Positions 63,289 through 64,000 of a stretch of 64,000 nt of DNA are shown in pieces. Source of the stretch: Mustelus asterias (lineage: Eukaryota). Each line of letters opens with the position of its first letter. The first letter of the stretch is position 1. The DNA is taken from positions 82,584,001 through 82,648,000 of the forward strand of contig NC_135812.1 in assembly GCF_964213995.1 (NCBI RefSeq), written 5' to 3'. The position numbers and the translations under genes are program-made. The notes beneath the pieces were generated by a model that searched no databases, had not been told where the DNA came from, and saw only the letters and a program-made list of their open reading frames with translations.

Positions 63289-64000
63289 ATCTCTGTAGTA
63301 GAGATATTTACTAACATATTTTGCATGCACATATACAAAGTTGCAGGTGAGTGATGGTTGTCATCAACACTATTTTCTTGGATTTGTTTCAAATGGATTT
63401 CAGCTAAATGGTAGGCTCTGTCGCATGAGAAAATGTTTGGTTTTCTCTTCTTTAATAACTGCCTCTTGGTCACTTAAACTTGCAGAACTTGGTTCCGAAA
63501 TGTGAATATTCTATCTGAAGTAAATTGTGGCGAAAGGCTAATATTCAGTCTGAAACTCTCAGCAAGTTAGTTTGATCACTTTTTTTTTTGAAGAGTTGTG
63601 TGACAGGAAGACAAGCACTAGTGATAATTGAATGAGGCTTCAAGGTTTTAATTATGTACAAATCATTAAACTCCAACATTGGAATTGAGATTTAGTGCAA
63701 TACGTTCCCTATTTCTGGCGCTCATTCTTTGCAGTGGGAATCGTTAGTTGAAATTTTGCAACTTGAAAATGAAGCAAGAGTTCGGGGGGGGGGGGGGGGG
63801 GACAAATTACTTGCAACTCTACCTCGAGTGATTGCATTCTGTTACTGTACCATGAACTAACATTAAGGCCCCTGTTCTTGTAACCTCCATCTAATGATTA
63901 CATATATTGGACCCTTTTCCAAGACCGAGTTACAGCCTAACGATGTCGTACAAAGATTATGTTTTTAGTTGGTGGTCCTGATTTTATGATCTACCACTTA

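Overview
Vertebrate genomic DNA, almost certainly from a shark or other elasmobranch. This is inferred from the HE1/V-SINE-like, DeuSINE, CR1, Rex1 and Penelope repeat content. The window holds the conserved METTL23 (-) / JMJD6 (+) / MXRA7 (+) block. METTL23 contributes coding exons 1-3, and the rest lies beyond the left edge. JMJD6 is complete, with 6 coding exons, 403 aa and a span of 10590-51144. A probable first exon of MXRA7 is also present. METTL23 and JMJD6 share a 308-bp bidirectional GC-rich promoter. Introns are packed with retroelements, including nested CR1s, Rex1, L2, RTE, a Tx1 fragment, tRNA-SINEs and palindromic Penelope remnants carrying minimal hammerhead ribozymes. The most unusual object is a 308-bp element at 9462-9769 (-) flanked by a target-site duplication (TSD). 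It starts with U2 snRNA nt 3-39, has a second internal U2 stem-loop I copy, and has a body of hairpins with strand-specific G-U pairs. It is a candidate U2-headed SINE (SINEU-like, or a Keno/Utopia-derived non-autonomous element). A candidate stop-containing cassette exon in JMJD6 intron 4, which would remove the polyserine domain, is also notable. Repeat boundaries are read by eye and approximate unless a TSD is given.
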